A DNA stretch of 64,000 nt, taken from assembly GCA_035297395.1 (NCBI GenBank), contig DATGZB010000004.1, positions 25,009 to 89,008 of the forward strand, in the 5' to 3' direction. The notes below the pieces were generated by a model. It was not told where the DNA came from. It was given only the letters and a program-made list of their open reading frames with translations, and ran no database searches. Position numbers and translations under genes: made by a program. Position 1 is the stretch's first letter. Each line of letters opens with the position of its first letter. Shown piece by piece: positions 10,660-20,282 of this stretch. Origin of the DNA: Lentimicrobium sp. GTDB lineage: Bacteria > Bacteroidota > Bacteroidia > Bacteroidales > Lentimicrobiaceae.

Positions 10660-10673
10660 TGCAAAAATACGCA
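10660..10673 (-). promoter_or_regulatory. carA -7 element (TATTTTTG, 10662-10669) overlapped by an ARG-box-like palindrome
   Basis: TGCAAAAATACGCA matches TGMATWWWWATKCA at 12/14 positions. Confidence 0.4.
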
Positions 10674-10808
10674 TAATAGAGTTTCCATTTATTTTTTAAC
10701 AAAATACAAGAGATACTATTCCGAAAAGAGAAAACAGTAACCGGCAAGTTTCATGCTTTAAAAGAGTAAGAGTAAAAATATATTAGCCTCTTTAGATTCT
10801 TTTAAAAT

Positions 10809-10838
10809 AAAAAAGGGACTATCTTTCGATGTCCCTTT
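10809..10838 (-). terminator. Intrinsic terminator after the lipoprotein gene
   Basis: AAAGGGAC...GTCCCTTT stem with a U-tract on the minus strand. Confidence 0.7.
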
Positions 10839-10861
10839 CTTATTTTAATTTCAATTGCAGT

Positions 10862-12553
10862 CTATTCAGCGGTCAGTACAAGACGGCTTATTTCCCATGT
10901 ACCTGCAACAGAAGCAGTGCTGGTATATTTGAAGGCAATGTATATTTCCTGACCATCATAACCGGAAAGATCAATCTCACTGGTATTGACAAAAGTCCAT
11001 GTATTGCCTGTTGACCTGGTGAATCCGGTAAGTTCTGTCCAGTCGGCTTCATTCGGATCTCCTTCACCTGGATAATTTGTTGAAATAAATACTTTTGCCT
11101 CCTGGTTGATATTCTGAGCGTAATTCATTGCTTCGCGGAACATCATTTTGACATTGGATTTTCCTTCTAATGAGATCAATGGAGAAATCAGCCAATCCTC
11201 ATTAGGGAATTGAGAACCACTGGCATAACCCGTCATTGTGACACAGCCATCATCATAATCTTGTCCGATCCAGACCTGTTCGCCCAAGACGTTGTACTGG
11301 GTGAAAGCTCCAAGCGATTGGTTGAATTCTTCAGTAAAGAAACCGGTTGCAGGTATTATACCGTTCCCATCCAACCAATAGCCTGTGAGATTCTTAACAC
11401 CCGGTTGGCTAAAATAAGCTTCAAGAGTGCCAAGTACCATTACTTCTTTACCTTCATTATCCGGATTGTCAACAAGATTCAGGGCAGTTCTGATATCACC
11501 TGAAGGAAGCTGAACTGGCAGGCAATTTGCAAGATTAGTCTCATTGGCTGAAGCGGCAATGAGGAGATTTGTATTCGTAGTAAACGGTGGATTGAAATTG
11601 GGGGTAAATTCAGATGTAGCAGTTTCATAAACTCCAACAATAAATCCTTTTACCCACACAGGTGTGTTGCTGGTATTAGACATCCCGGACTCTACATCAT
11701 AAGGATCTTCAAAAGTACCTGACCCACTGCCTGGTGGAGGAGGAATGGTGTCACTGAATCCGGTGACATCATTTCTGTCGCGCAATGTAAGTTGCCAGTC
11801 TGAACCGAAAACTGAGAGGATACCAGTTACAGTTCCGTAGCCTCCCGGAATAGTATCACTTGCAAAATCAGAATATTTGCTGGTTCTTACAATGATTGTG
11901 TTTCCAATTTGATCCATAAGGGTTCTATTGGTTGCGTCACTTTCAGGATCATCTTGTATGGCAAAAATTTCACCTGGATCAGAGAAAATTACATTTTTAA
12001 AAGTAATCAGTTTACTGACATTCGGATTTTTAGCCTCAGCGGTACCGATCTCACTGATAGTTATAGTGTCGGGCAAAGGTTTTGGTCCTGGCAAACTATC
12101 ATGGAAAATATGTTCTTCGATCATTATTGAAGGCATTCGGCCAATTTTACCATCGTATATATAACCAAGTTGTATAAGGTTGTTGTAATCACCAATAAAC
12201 AAACCTTTGCATTTAACATAAACCAATTGACCCACTCTATATAGGCCATAGAGATTTGTCTTATCAATTGCCAATTCAACTGCAGCAGTTTCATCCTGTA
12301 TGATCAGTTTTTTATACAGGTTACCGCTTGCATCATTGCCCGTGATGATTCCTTTAATGATGATATCATCAGTGATCATTTGAAGGCCTGTGTATGAATT
12401 TTTCAGTTCGGCGATCGATGTATTTGCATCAAAATCAACATAAGGAATGATGATGGGCGGGATATCTGGCTCATCCTTAACACATCCGGTATTAAAGAGG
12501 GTTGACGATAAGATAATTGCAATCAATGCCAGGATTAGTTTAATCTGTTTCAT
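10862..12553 (-). CDS. Surface lipoprotein with DUF5689-like OB-fold repeats, a DUF6359-like domain and a C-terminal choice-of-anchor-J/DUF5017-like domain
   Basis: Lipobox NTGC; IKGIITGND.SGNLYK.LIIQDETAA; GTFEDPYDV...VWVKGFIVG; EDWLISPLISL...YIAFKYTS. Confidence 0.75.
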   Translation of the reverse strand: MKQIKLILALIAIILSSTLFNTGCVKDEPDIPPIIIPYVDFDANTSIAELKNSYTGLQMITDDIIIKGIITGNDASGNLYKKLIIQDETAAVELAIDKTNLYGLYRVGQLVYVKCKGLFIGDYNNLIQLGYIYDGKIGRMPSIMIEEHIFHDSLPGPKPLPDTITISEIGTAEAKNPNVSKLITFKNVIFSDPGEIFAIQDDPESDATNRTLMDQIGNTIIVRTSKYSDFASDTIPGGYGTVTGILSVFGSDWQLTLRDRNDVTGFSDTIPPPPGSGSGTFEDPYDVESGMSNTSNTPVWVKGFIVGVYETATSEFTPNFNPPFTTNTNLLIAASANETNLANCLPVQLPSGDIRTALNLVDNPDNEGKEVMVLGTLEAYFSQPGVKNLTGYWLDGNGIIPATGFFTEEFNQSLGAFTQYNVLGEQVWIGQDYDDGCVTMTGYASGSQFPNEDWLISPLISLEGKSNVKMMFREAMNYAQNINQEAKVFISTNYPGEGDPNEADWTELTGFTRSTGNTWTFVNTSEIDLSGYDGQEIYIAFKYTSTASVAGTWEISRLVLTAE

Positions 12554-12575
12554 TTGCTGTCTCTTGTATTTTTAT

Positions 12576-15314
12576 TTAAAAACGGAATCCAATATTTAAG
12601 AAGTAAGTTCTGCCATAAGCGTAGTATATTTTAGGAACAAATGTAGCAGCATTGCTAATCGTATACCTGCTTTGTTCATATCCGCCTGTGATAAGATCGG
12701 TATTATCAAATAAGTTGGAAATACTGAAATTCAGATTAAGAAAATATTTGTCTGCTATTCTGAATGATTTGCCAATTGATAAATTGACCATTAAACCATC
12801 ATCTGCTTTACTTTGCCTGGTCAGTTCATAAACAAGCGGGCCTGATGGATCAATGAAATTCTCAAGTAATAATAAAGCAGGAATAGCTGCCCTCATACTC
12901 GGGTTAAAATCAAGATAAGTATCAGCGAAGTAATTAACATTTGCCTCAATAAAGAGATAACGTGGTCCGGCATATTTTAATCCTGCTGATAATGCTGTCT
13001 GGGGTGTGCCCGGAACATAAAAGTTTTTAGTATAAATTAATGATGTACTATCGGGCAGCGAACCATTCTCAGTAACAATGGTTGTTGTTGGCCTGTTGGT
13101 ATACCTGTAATTACCAAGGTTACCAGCTAAGATCGCTGAAAATGCTGAAGTAAGTTTAATTTCAGCACCTGCCTCAATTCCCTGATGAATTTTGTCTGTA
13201 TTATAGGTAGCATAATTTACAAATGTCTTAAAATCATCATGGTAACCGCTGAAGACTTCACATTGGTCAGCAAAAATTGTATGGTATGCAGTTATCCTTG
13301 CTTTTACCCGTGGCGCCCTGAGATGATAGCTGATCTCTCCACTGAATATCTTTTCATTAGTAAGCCCGGGGATCACACCATGCCTGGTTCGGGGGGAAAT
13401 GAAAGAGTTACGGATAAAAGGGGCTCGGGTCATATAAGTTAGATTTCCTTCAAGGAAATGGCGTCCTGTAAATTTATAAGTGCCACCCGCTTTTATCGCG
13501 TAATCAAAGAAGTTGTGTTTTTCAGAATTGCCATACGAATCTTCAGGATATCGCCCATTTCGCATAAAGCCTTCACGCCAGAAAGAGGTATAGGTTAATT
13601 GTAAACCGCCGTAGTAATCAAATTTATATCCTGCTACCTGCACAACTGACCATATATTTCCACTGTTCTGATGCAATTTGTAATCATAACCAAATTTGTC
13701 ACCCCTGTGAATTATTCTGTTAGGATTATTAAGATCATTCTGAAGTATTGCAGTGTCTCCTTTAAAATCCCTCTCCGAGAATTGGTCAATATCACGCCAA
13801 AATTCACCTCCCAAAAGATCATCAAGTATCTTGTAATAATGAACATTGTATGATGATAACTCAAAACCTCCATTGACCTTGATATTATCATTTAGTTCAT
13901 GGTTAATGACACTATTAATATTGAATTGGGTCTGGTCATTATGCCTGTCCTCAATAATGTAATGTGCCTGTTCACCTTCCAGGCTTCCGAGGTAATTCTG
14001 CTGGTAAAGATTATCCCAGTCTATCTGGCTGGTTGAAGGGTCATTTCGCCATGCTTCAGCATAATTTTCATCAATCACATCAGTGTTGAGGTCAGCGTAA
14101 ACATATAATGAATCCGGATAATAGCTTGGCAGGTACCTGTAATAATCTGGTCTCGGGTCAGCAGCTTTGTACCAGTTTAATGCTGTTGTTGATGTCTTGC
14201 CGAAAAGGTAAGAAATTGTGTTTGTGATCTGTGTTTTGGAGGATGGATTCCAGAAATGGTTTAGTGCTAAGATAGGCTGATCCATTTTTCGGATTCTCGC
14301 ATTGCGTAGTTCTCCATTTTGATATCCCCAGTTTGGATTGTAGAAATTTGATCCGGTGAGATCATACGCTTCTTGTGTTGATCCTCCCTGCATTCCTCTT
14401 TTAACAGGTGAATCAAGGGCAGTAAACGCAATACTGTGTTTTTCATTTAGTTTTTTCTCTACACTCAGGAACCAGGCATATGCATCATACCATGTGCCCT
14501 CTACGTAACCTCCATTGCCCCAACGGCGGGAAATACTTAAAGTCACGGCCCCGTCATTGTCCATAAGGCCGGTTGAATGTGTTAACATGACTCTGTTAGT
14601 ATAGGTTCTGTCGGTCATGCTGTAGGTTAATTTTGTTTGGGGCCTTTGTTGTGAAGCGCGTGTGATAATATTAGTCACACCACCAAGGTTACCGAATGAA
14701 AATGAAGAAGGTGCTAATCCGTTTACAGATATCTTGTTACGGGTTGCATCATTCAAACCTCCCCATAATGCCCATAAAGTCCTGCCTGTTTCCGCATCGT
14801 TTATCGGACTGTTTGCCAGATAAGTACCTGAAAGATCAGCATCGTAGCCTCTCATCCTGAAATATGCGGAACTAAAAGAATAGGAGGCTGCTGCAACGAA
14901 AACATCGTTTGATGATGACAGCAATCCTGAAATGTTCTGTGACTTGGCATCATCATCGGAATCCAGTCCGGCAAGATTTATCTCTGCCAATCCTGAATTG
15001 AGGTCAGAAACAGAAGCCGGTTTCATTTGAATCACTCCAAGGTCAGTTACTTCGTTTACTTCAATTTGCCTTGTTTCGTTCTGGTAACCGCTGATTGAAA
15101 AGTCGATAACTGCCGTACCTTGTGAAATTCGAGCAAGTTCAAAGGTACCATCAGGCAGGCTGAACGTTTCATTTATTCCAATCCTTACCTGTACTGAGGG
15201 AATAGCAAGACCTTTTTCTGCATCGGTTATTTTCCCCTTCACAGTTCCTGTTTGAGCATATAAAACAGAAACTGGTCCTATAACCATTAATAGGAGTAAT
15301 ATTTTTTTAAACAT
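12576..15314 (-). CDS. TonB-dependent outer-membrane transporter (carboxypeptidase-regulatory-like N-domain, plug, barrel)
   Basis: Signal peptide, VKGKITDAE N-domain, FGNLGGVTNIITR plug end, NLFD...GRTYFLNIGFRF C-terminus. Confidence 0.88.
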   Translation of the reverse strand: MFKKILLLLMVIGPVSVLYAQTGTVKGKITDAEKGLAIPSVQVRIGINETFSLPDGTFELARISQGTAVIDFSISGYQNETRQIEVNEVTDLGVIQMKPASVSDLNSGLAEINLAGLDSDDDAKSQNISGLLSSSNDVFVAAASYSFSSAYFRMRGYDADLSGTYLANSPINDAETGRTLWALWGGLNDATRNKISVNGLAPSSFSFGNLGGVTNIITRASQQRPQTKLTYSMTDRTYTNRVMLTHSTGLMDNDGAVTLSISRRWGNGGYVEGTWYDAYAWFLSVEKKLNEKHSIAFTALDSPVKRGMQGGSTQEAYDLTGSNFYNPNWGYQNGELRNARIRKMDQPILALNHFWNPSSKTQITNTISYLFGKTSTTALNWYKAADPRPDYYRYLPSYYPDSLYVYADLNTDVIDENYAEAWRNDPSTSQIDWDNLYQQNYLGSLEGEQAHYIIEDRHNDQTQFNINSVINHELNDNIKVNGGFELSSYNVHYYKILDDLLGGEFWRDIDQFSERDFKGDTAILQNDLNNPNRIIHRGDKFGYDYKLHQNSGNIWSVVQVAGYKFDYYGGLQLTYTSFWREGFMRNGRYPEDSYGNSEKHNFFDYAIKAGGTYKFTGRHFLEGNLTYMTRAPFIRNSFISPRTRHGVIPGLTNEKIFSGEISYHLRAPRVKARITAYHTIFADQCEVFSGYHDDFKTFVNYATYNTDKIHQGIEAGAEIKLTSAFSAILAGNLGNYRYTNRPTTTIVTENGSLPDSTSLIYTKNFYVPGTPQTALSAGLKYAGPRYLFIEANVNYFADTYLDFNPSMRAAIPALLLLENFIDPSGPLVYELTRQSKADDGLMVNLSIGKSFRIADKYFLNLNFSISNLFDNTDLITGGYEQSRYTISNAATFVPKIYYAYGRTYFLNIGFRF

Positions 15315-15430
15315 GAGTGGTTTGTTAGCGTAAAATAAAAAAAAAGGACCTCCTTAAAGAATCATTTTTACGTATACAAAGGAAATAAATTTTACGCTTC
15401 AATCGTCTTCTGAAGTAATTTTTAATCACT

Positions 15431-15438
15431 TATATTTG
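15431..15438 (+). promoter_or_regulatory. -7 promoter element (TATATTTG) for the EEP nuclease gene
   Basis: TAnnTTTG match in the divergent intergenic region. Confidence 0.55.
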
Positions 15439-15481
15439 CCTGCAATTTTGTAATTCTTAATGTATTAAAACTCATTGTTTA

Positions 15482-16513
15482 ATGAAGCAATTTTTTAATT
15501 ATATAGTTTCTTTATGCATATTATGCCTGGTACCTTTATCTTTTGTGCAAGCCCAGGAAAGGACAAAAGTTGCATGTATTTCTTTTTACAACCTTGAGAA
15601 TCTGTTTGATACTATTGATGATGCAAATACAAATGATGCTGAGTTCCTGCCCAACGGTACAAACAAATGGACTTCAGATCTTTACATGAAGAAATTAGAG
15701 AATATGGCTTATGTGGTAAGCCGTATTGGCAATGAAGTAATGAACGGGGGTCCAACGATCATAGGATTTTCGGAAGTAGAAAACCGGCAGGTGGTCCAGG
15801 ATCTTATCAATACACCCCCGCTTAAAGGAATGGGTTATGAAATAGTACATTATGATTCTCCCGACAAGAGAGGAGTCGATGTTGCACTAATTTATAAGAA
15901 AGCTGCTTTTAAAGTCATTAATAGTACAACGAACAGGCTTAGAATGCCAGGAAAGAGTGATTGGTATTCAAGGGACCAATTGGTGGTTTCAGGAGAACTT
16001 GATGGTGAAATACTTCATATTATTGTAAACCACTGGCCTTCGCGTGCTTCTGGTCCTGAATACAGGGAGCAGGCTGCACTTCTATCGCGTTCATTATCCG
16101 ATTCGCTTAAAAAGCAGTATTCTGATGCCAAAATTATCATAATGGGTGATCTGAATGATGACCCTGTCGATCCAAGTGTCTATAAAGTATTAGGAGCTAA
16201 AGGAAAAGAAAAAGATGTAAAAAAGGGTGAGTTGTTCAATCCTATGTTTGGTTTGTTCCAGGATGGTATCGGATCATTGGCATACCGGGATGCATGGAAT
16301 CTCTTCGACCAGATTATTATTTCTGAACCTTTGCTGCAAAAGAATAAAGGCTGGCATTACTTTAAAGCAAAGGTTTTCAATGAAAAATTTCTCCTTCAGC
16401 AGGATGGGCCATACAAAGGTTATCCTTTCAGGACTTTTGCCGGCGGAGCATACGCTGGAGGTTACAGCGATCACTTTCCAACTTATATGTTTCTTATAAA
16501 AAAGGATAATTAG
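15482..16513 (+). CDS. Secreted endonuclease/exonuclease/phosphatase (DNase I-like) family protein
   Basis: Signal peptide; FYNLENLFD, EVEN, NHWPSR, MGDLND, FDQII, YSDHFP catalytic motifs. Confidence 0.92.
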   Translation: MKQFFNYIVSLCILCLVPLSFVQAQERTKVACISFYNLENLFDTIDDANTNDAEFLPNGTNKWTSDLYMKKLENMAYVVSRIGNEVMNGGPTIIGFSEVENRQVVQDLINTPPLKGMGYEIVHYDSPDKRGVDVALIYKKAAFKVINSTTNRLRMPGKSDWYSRDQLVVSGELDGEILHIIVNHWPSRASGPEYREQAALLSRSLSDSLKKQYSDAKIIIMGDLNDDPVDPSVYKVLGAKGKEKDVKKGELFNPMFGLFQDGIGSLAYRDAWNLFDQIIISEPLLQKNKGWHYFKAKVFNEKFLLQQDGPYKGYPFRTFAGGAYAGGYSDHFPTYMFLIKKDN

Positions 16514-16623
16514 TTGTTATAACCCTGAAATTCAGCCTTTTTATAGCAGGTCTTTCATAAATTTTATAAAAGAAATTTAATTAGAGATTTTTTTATAACT
16601 TCGCTTCTTCAACAGCAAAGCAA

Positions 16624-17349
16624 GTGAAGGAAAATCTTGTTGTCATTCCGACATTCAACGAGAAAGAGAATATAGAACGCATTATCCGCAAGGTATTCTC
16701 ACTCCCAAAAGAGTTTGATATTCTTATTGTAGAAGATAACTCCCCTGATGGTACTGCCGCCATCGTGAAAAGACTGATCACTCAATTCCCCGACAGGTTA
16801 TTCATTGAAGAGCGCAAAGGGAAACTTGGCCTTGGCACCGCTTATATCCATGGATTCAAATGGGCATTGCAACGGGAATACCGTTACATATTTGAAATGG
16901 ATGCCGACTTTTCGCATAATCCTGAAGACCTTATACGGTTACATCAGGCTTGTGACGAACAAGGAGCTGATGTGGCAATTGGCTCGAGGTACATAAAGGG
17001 TGTCAATGTGGTCAACTGGCCAATGGGAAGGGTGCTGATGAGCTATTTTGCTTCAGCATATGTGCGTACCATCACCAGGATGAAAGTCATGGATACCACT
17101 GCCGGTTTTAAGTGTTACAGGCGTTCCCTGCTTGAGGAAATTGATTTTGATAAGATCAAATTTACTGGCTACGCATTCCAGATCGAAATGAAATACACCG
17201 CATGGAAACTTGGTAAGAAAATTATTGAGGTACCTATCATTTTCACTGACCGTACCGAAGGGGAGTCAAAGATGAGCCGTGGCATTTTCCGTGAAGCGAT
17301 ACTTGGTGTTATTCAACTTAGGTTTAAAAAAATCAGGCCCAGGAAATAG
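16624..17349 (+). CDS. Polyprenol monophosphomannose synthase (GT2, DPM1-like)
   Basis: IPTFNEKENI, DNSPDGT, GLGTAY, EMDADFSHNP, GYAFQIEM. Confidence 0.9.
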   Translation: MKENLVVIPTFNEKENIERIIRKVFSLPKEFDILIVEDNSPDGTAAIVKRLITQFPDRLFIEERKGKLGLGTAYIHGFKWALQREYRYIFEMDADFSHNPEDLIRLHQACDEQGADVAIGSRYIKGVNVVNWPMGRVLMSYFASAYVRTITRMKVMDTTAGFKCYRRSLLEEIDFDKIKFTGYAFQIEMKYTAWKLGKKIIEVPIIFTDRTEGESKMSRGIFREAILGVIQLRFKKIRPRK

Positions 17350-17432
17350 CTTATAAGCCTGTCTGCTTGTTTATTCATTCCATAATCTGAATCTCTCTTT
17401 TCCCACAAGGAATTTATATAATCTGTATTCTT

Positions 17433-18776
17433 ATGGCTGACAGGTATTTAATATCCAACGTGAATATTGTCAATGAAGGCAGCATCACTCATGGAAGCGT
17501 ATTGATAGATAATGGAGTGATAGCAAAGATCAGTGAGAGCGGTCCTGAATTATCGGATGGTGCTGAAGTGATCGACGGTAAAAATGGTTACCTTCTACCG
17601 GGTGTTATTGACGACCAGGTGCATTTCAGGGATCCGGGACTAACTTATAAAGGCGATATTTATACTGAAAGTAAAGCCGCTGTTGCCGGTGGCGTCACTT
17701 CGTTTATGGATATGCCCAACACGATCCCTAATACCCTGAAGCAGGAGTTATTGGAAGATAAATACCGCATTGCTTCCGAAAAATCACTTGCCAATTATTC
17801 CTTTTACATGGGTGTCTCAAACGATAATGTTGGAGAAGTACTGAAAACAGATCCATCCAGGGTTTGCGGAATTAAAATATTCCTTGGTGCTTCAACAGGT
17901 AACATGCTGGTTAATAACACTAAAACTCTGGAGACTATCTTCAGGGAATCAAAATGCCTGATTGCCGTTCACTGTGAAGATGAGCCCACCATAAGAGAAA
18001 ATTTGGCTTACTACAGGCAGCATTATGGTGATGATATACCCCCTACTGCCCATCCATTGATCAGGAACAGGGAAGCATGTCTGCGGTCTTCCACTTTTGC
18101 TGTAAACCTCGCAAGGAAATATAATACGCGGCTCCATATATTGCACCTCTCTACCGCTGATGAAATGGATTTATTAAGCGCTGAAAGCCTTAATGATGAA
18201 AAACGTATAACCGGCGAAGTATGTGTCCATCACCTGTGGTTTAATGACCTTGATTATGAAACACTTGGTAACAGGATAAAATGGAATCCTGCCATTAAGG
18301 AGGAATCAGACCGGAAAGCACTCATTAAAGCGGTTAAGAATAATAAAATAGATATTATTGCTACCGACCATGCTCCGCATACTGACCAGGAAAAGAAGAA
18401 TCCATATTTAAGTTGCCCCTCCGGTGGCCCTTTGGTGCAGCATTCCCTGCTTGCAATGCTTGAAAAGGTTAATGAAGGAGAACTTGATATTCAAACTATT
18501 GTGGAAAAGATGTGCCATGCTCCTGCTAAATTATTCCATATTGAAAAAAGGGGATTCATCCGGGAAGGATATCATGCTGACCTGGTACTGGTAAAACGAA
18601 ACTCACCATGGCAGGTACATAAAAGCAATCTGCTTTATAAATGTGGGTGGTCACCTTTCGAAGGTGTTACCTTCAATTCGAAAGTTACTCATACCTTTGT
18701 CAACGGAAACCTGGTTTATAACGATGGACAATTCAATGAAGAATTCAGAGGCTCGCGTCTTATATTCAAATATTGA
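17433..18776 (+). CDS. pyrC: Dihydroorotase
   Basis: PGVIDDQVHFRDPG, DMPNT, HCEDE, KWNPAIK, ATDHAPH, KCGWSPFEG. Confidence 0.9.
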   Translation: MADRYLISNVNIVNEGSITHGSVLIDNGVIAKISESGPELSDGAEVIDGKNGYLLPGVIDDQVHFRDPGLTYKGDIYTESKAAVAGGVTSFMDMPNTIPNTLKQELLEDKYRIASEKSLANYSFYMGVSNDNVGEVLKTDPSRVCGIKIFLGASTGNMLVNNTKTLETIFRESKCLIAVHCEDEPTIRENLAYYRQHYGDDIPPTAHPLIRNREACLRSSTFAVNLARKYNTRLHILHLSTADEMDLLSAESLNDEKRITGEVCVHHLWFNDLDYETLGNRIKWNPAIKEESDRKALIKAVKNNKIDIIATDHAPHTDQEKKNPYLSCPSGGPLVQHSLLAMLEKVNEGELDIQTIVEKMCHAPAKLFHIEKRGFIREGYHADLVLVKRNSPWQVHKSNLLYKCGWSPFEGVTFNSKVTHTFVNGNLVYNDGQFNEEFRGSRLIFKY

Positions 18777-18821
18777 TTGTCTTTCTTACCAGGATTCTTC
18801 AATAAAATTCTTTACTGACAA

Positions 18822-19256
18822 ATGAAACCAATGCGGATAATCCTAATTTTCCTTCTTACGTTGCTTATCGCAAGTGGTTGTAATAATACAACTACTGAAA
18901 AAGAAAAATATGACGATGGCAAGATCAAATCAGAGAAAACCTATAAAGAAGTCGACGGCGAAAAGCAGCTTGTAAAAGAGGTTCATTATCACCCTAATGG
19001 GGAAAAATACATGGAAGGATATTACAAGGACAATAAACGCGATGGTCATTGGACTTCATGGTATGACAACGGTCAATTATGGAGCGAGGGTGTTTTCATC
19101 AACGGATTAAGTGAAGGGAACTGGATAGTATACCATAAAAATGGCCAAAAATATTATGAAGGAACATTTAGGGATGGTGAACGCACCGGGGTCTGGAAGT
19201 TTTATGATGAGAGCGGCAAAATGATAAATGAAATAGATTATTCCAAAAAACAGTAG
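18822..19256 (+). CDS. MORN-variant repeat lipoprotein (YwqK-like)
   Basis: Lipobox ASGC; repeated YxNGQ..EG.F..G...G.W units. Confidence 0.8.
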   Translation: MKPMRIILIFLLTLLIASGCNNTTTEKEKYDDGKIKSEKTYKEVDGEKQLVKEVHYHPNGEKYMEGYYKDNKRDGHWTSWYDNGQLWSEGVFINGLSEGNWIVYHKNGQKYYEGTFRDGERTGVWKFYDESGKMINEIDYSKKQ

Positions 19257-19307
19257 AGGCAGGGCATGAAAATAAAACGTAGAGACAGGGCATGCCCTGT
19301 CTCTACG
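19253..19307. repeat. Perfect 30-bp GTAG-type palindrome (19278-19307) plus a preceding half copy; REP-like, may act as a bidirectional terminator
   Basis: CGTAGAGACAGGGCA|TGCCCTGTCTCTACG. The half copy GTAGAGGCAGGGCATG overlaps the upstream TAG stop. Confidence 0.85.
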
Positions 19308-19334
19308 ACGATAATCCGTATGGTAATATTGAAT

Positions 19335-20195
19335 CTAATCAACCATTATTACCAGGTATTTTGATATAGACCAAAAATCCCTTGGATCAGTAATAACCAA
19401 ACTGTCACTTGCCTTTTCTGTCCCATACAGTTTGTAGGATTTGGATGGATGTGATGTTATCAGGGTTATCTTTTTCTTTGATAATGGAATACTGTTAAAT
19501 TGGGTAATATCAATGGTTGTAAAGTAACCTTTATCAAAATCCTTCTTTAATTTTTTATCAGCACCCAATCCAATAAATCCACCTTCTCTTGAAATTATGT
19601 TTTTATCAAGCAACTCGCGTTTAGTTCCCATAACATACCATGCTGTATTAAGTGCCGAAGTTTGTTCACTTATGGTCTGTGCTTTTGCTTCACCTTCCTC
19701 AGTTAATCTGCTGACATCTGATGACAGGACTTCAATCTGAATGTTCATTTCTTCAAGTTTCGTGGTCAGTTGGGCTACCTGAGCATCTTTTTCATCAATC
19801 TGCTGGGACATACGGTCAATCATCTTTTCAAGTTCCGTTACTTTCCCGCCCGATTTCTTTAGTTTGGAACGCAAATCCGAAATAGTCTCTTTATTTTTAC
19901 GAAGCATGTCATAAATCATGTTTATATCACGATTTATCTGCTCTTTCTGATCAGCTTCAATTTCTCCACCACCTGCAGTATTTTGTGAGATTAGCATCTC
20001 AGCTTGTTTTATGGAATCCAGGTTTGCCTGAATCTGATTAAATGATTCAATATAGGAATAGAGAGCTGTGTCCTTTGTGAAACCAATGCTTAATAAACTG
20101 TCATAACGTGTCTGCAAACGCTCCAATTCTTTTTTATTAGAATTGCAACTGAAGAACAAAGGAAGAATTAAAGCTAGGTAAAGGATTTTTTTCAT
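19335..20195 (-). CDS. Coiled-coil lipoprotein (conserved Bacteroidetes family)
   Basis: Lipobox FFSC, long heptad region, C-terminal LNTAWYVMGTKREL...HPSKSY...FWSISKYLVI. Confidence 0.75.
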   Translation of the reverse strand: MKKILYLALILPLFFSCNSNKKELERLQTRYDSLLSIGFTKDTALYSYIESFNQIQANLDSIKQAEMLISQNTAGGGEIEADQKEQINRDINMIYDMLRKNKETISDLRSKLKKSGGKVTELEKMIDRMSQQIDEKDAQVAQLTTKLEEMNIQIEVLSSDVSRLTEEGEAKAQTISEQTSALNTAWYVMGTKRELLDKNIISREGGFIGLGADKKLKKDFDKGYFTTIDITQFNSIPLSKKKITLITSHPSKSYKLYGTEKASDSLVITDPRDFWSISKYLVIMVD

Positions 20196-20238
20196 GATTA
20201 TTAAACTTAGGGGTTATTATAATATGAGAGTTTAGGAT

Positions 20239-20271
20239 TTCAAAAATCAAATATCGAATATCGAATCGAAT
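20239..20271 (+). repeat. Short heptamer array (ATCGAAT-like)
   Basis: ttcaaaa atcaaat atcgaat atcgaat cgaat. Confidence 0.55.
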
Positions 20272-20282
20272 TATAAAGTTAT

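Noticed and set aside
18822..19256. Toxin-antitoxin system (YwqK label)
   Set aside because: A MORN-repeat lipoprotein with no adjacent toxin gene.
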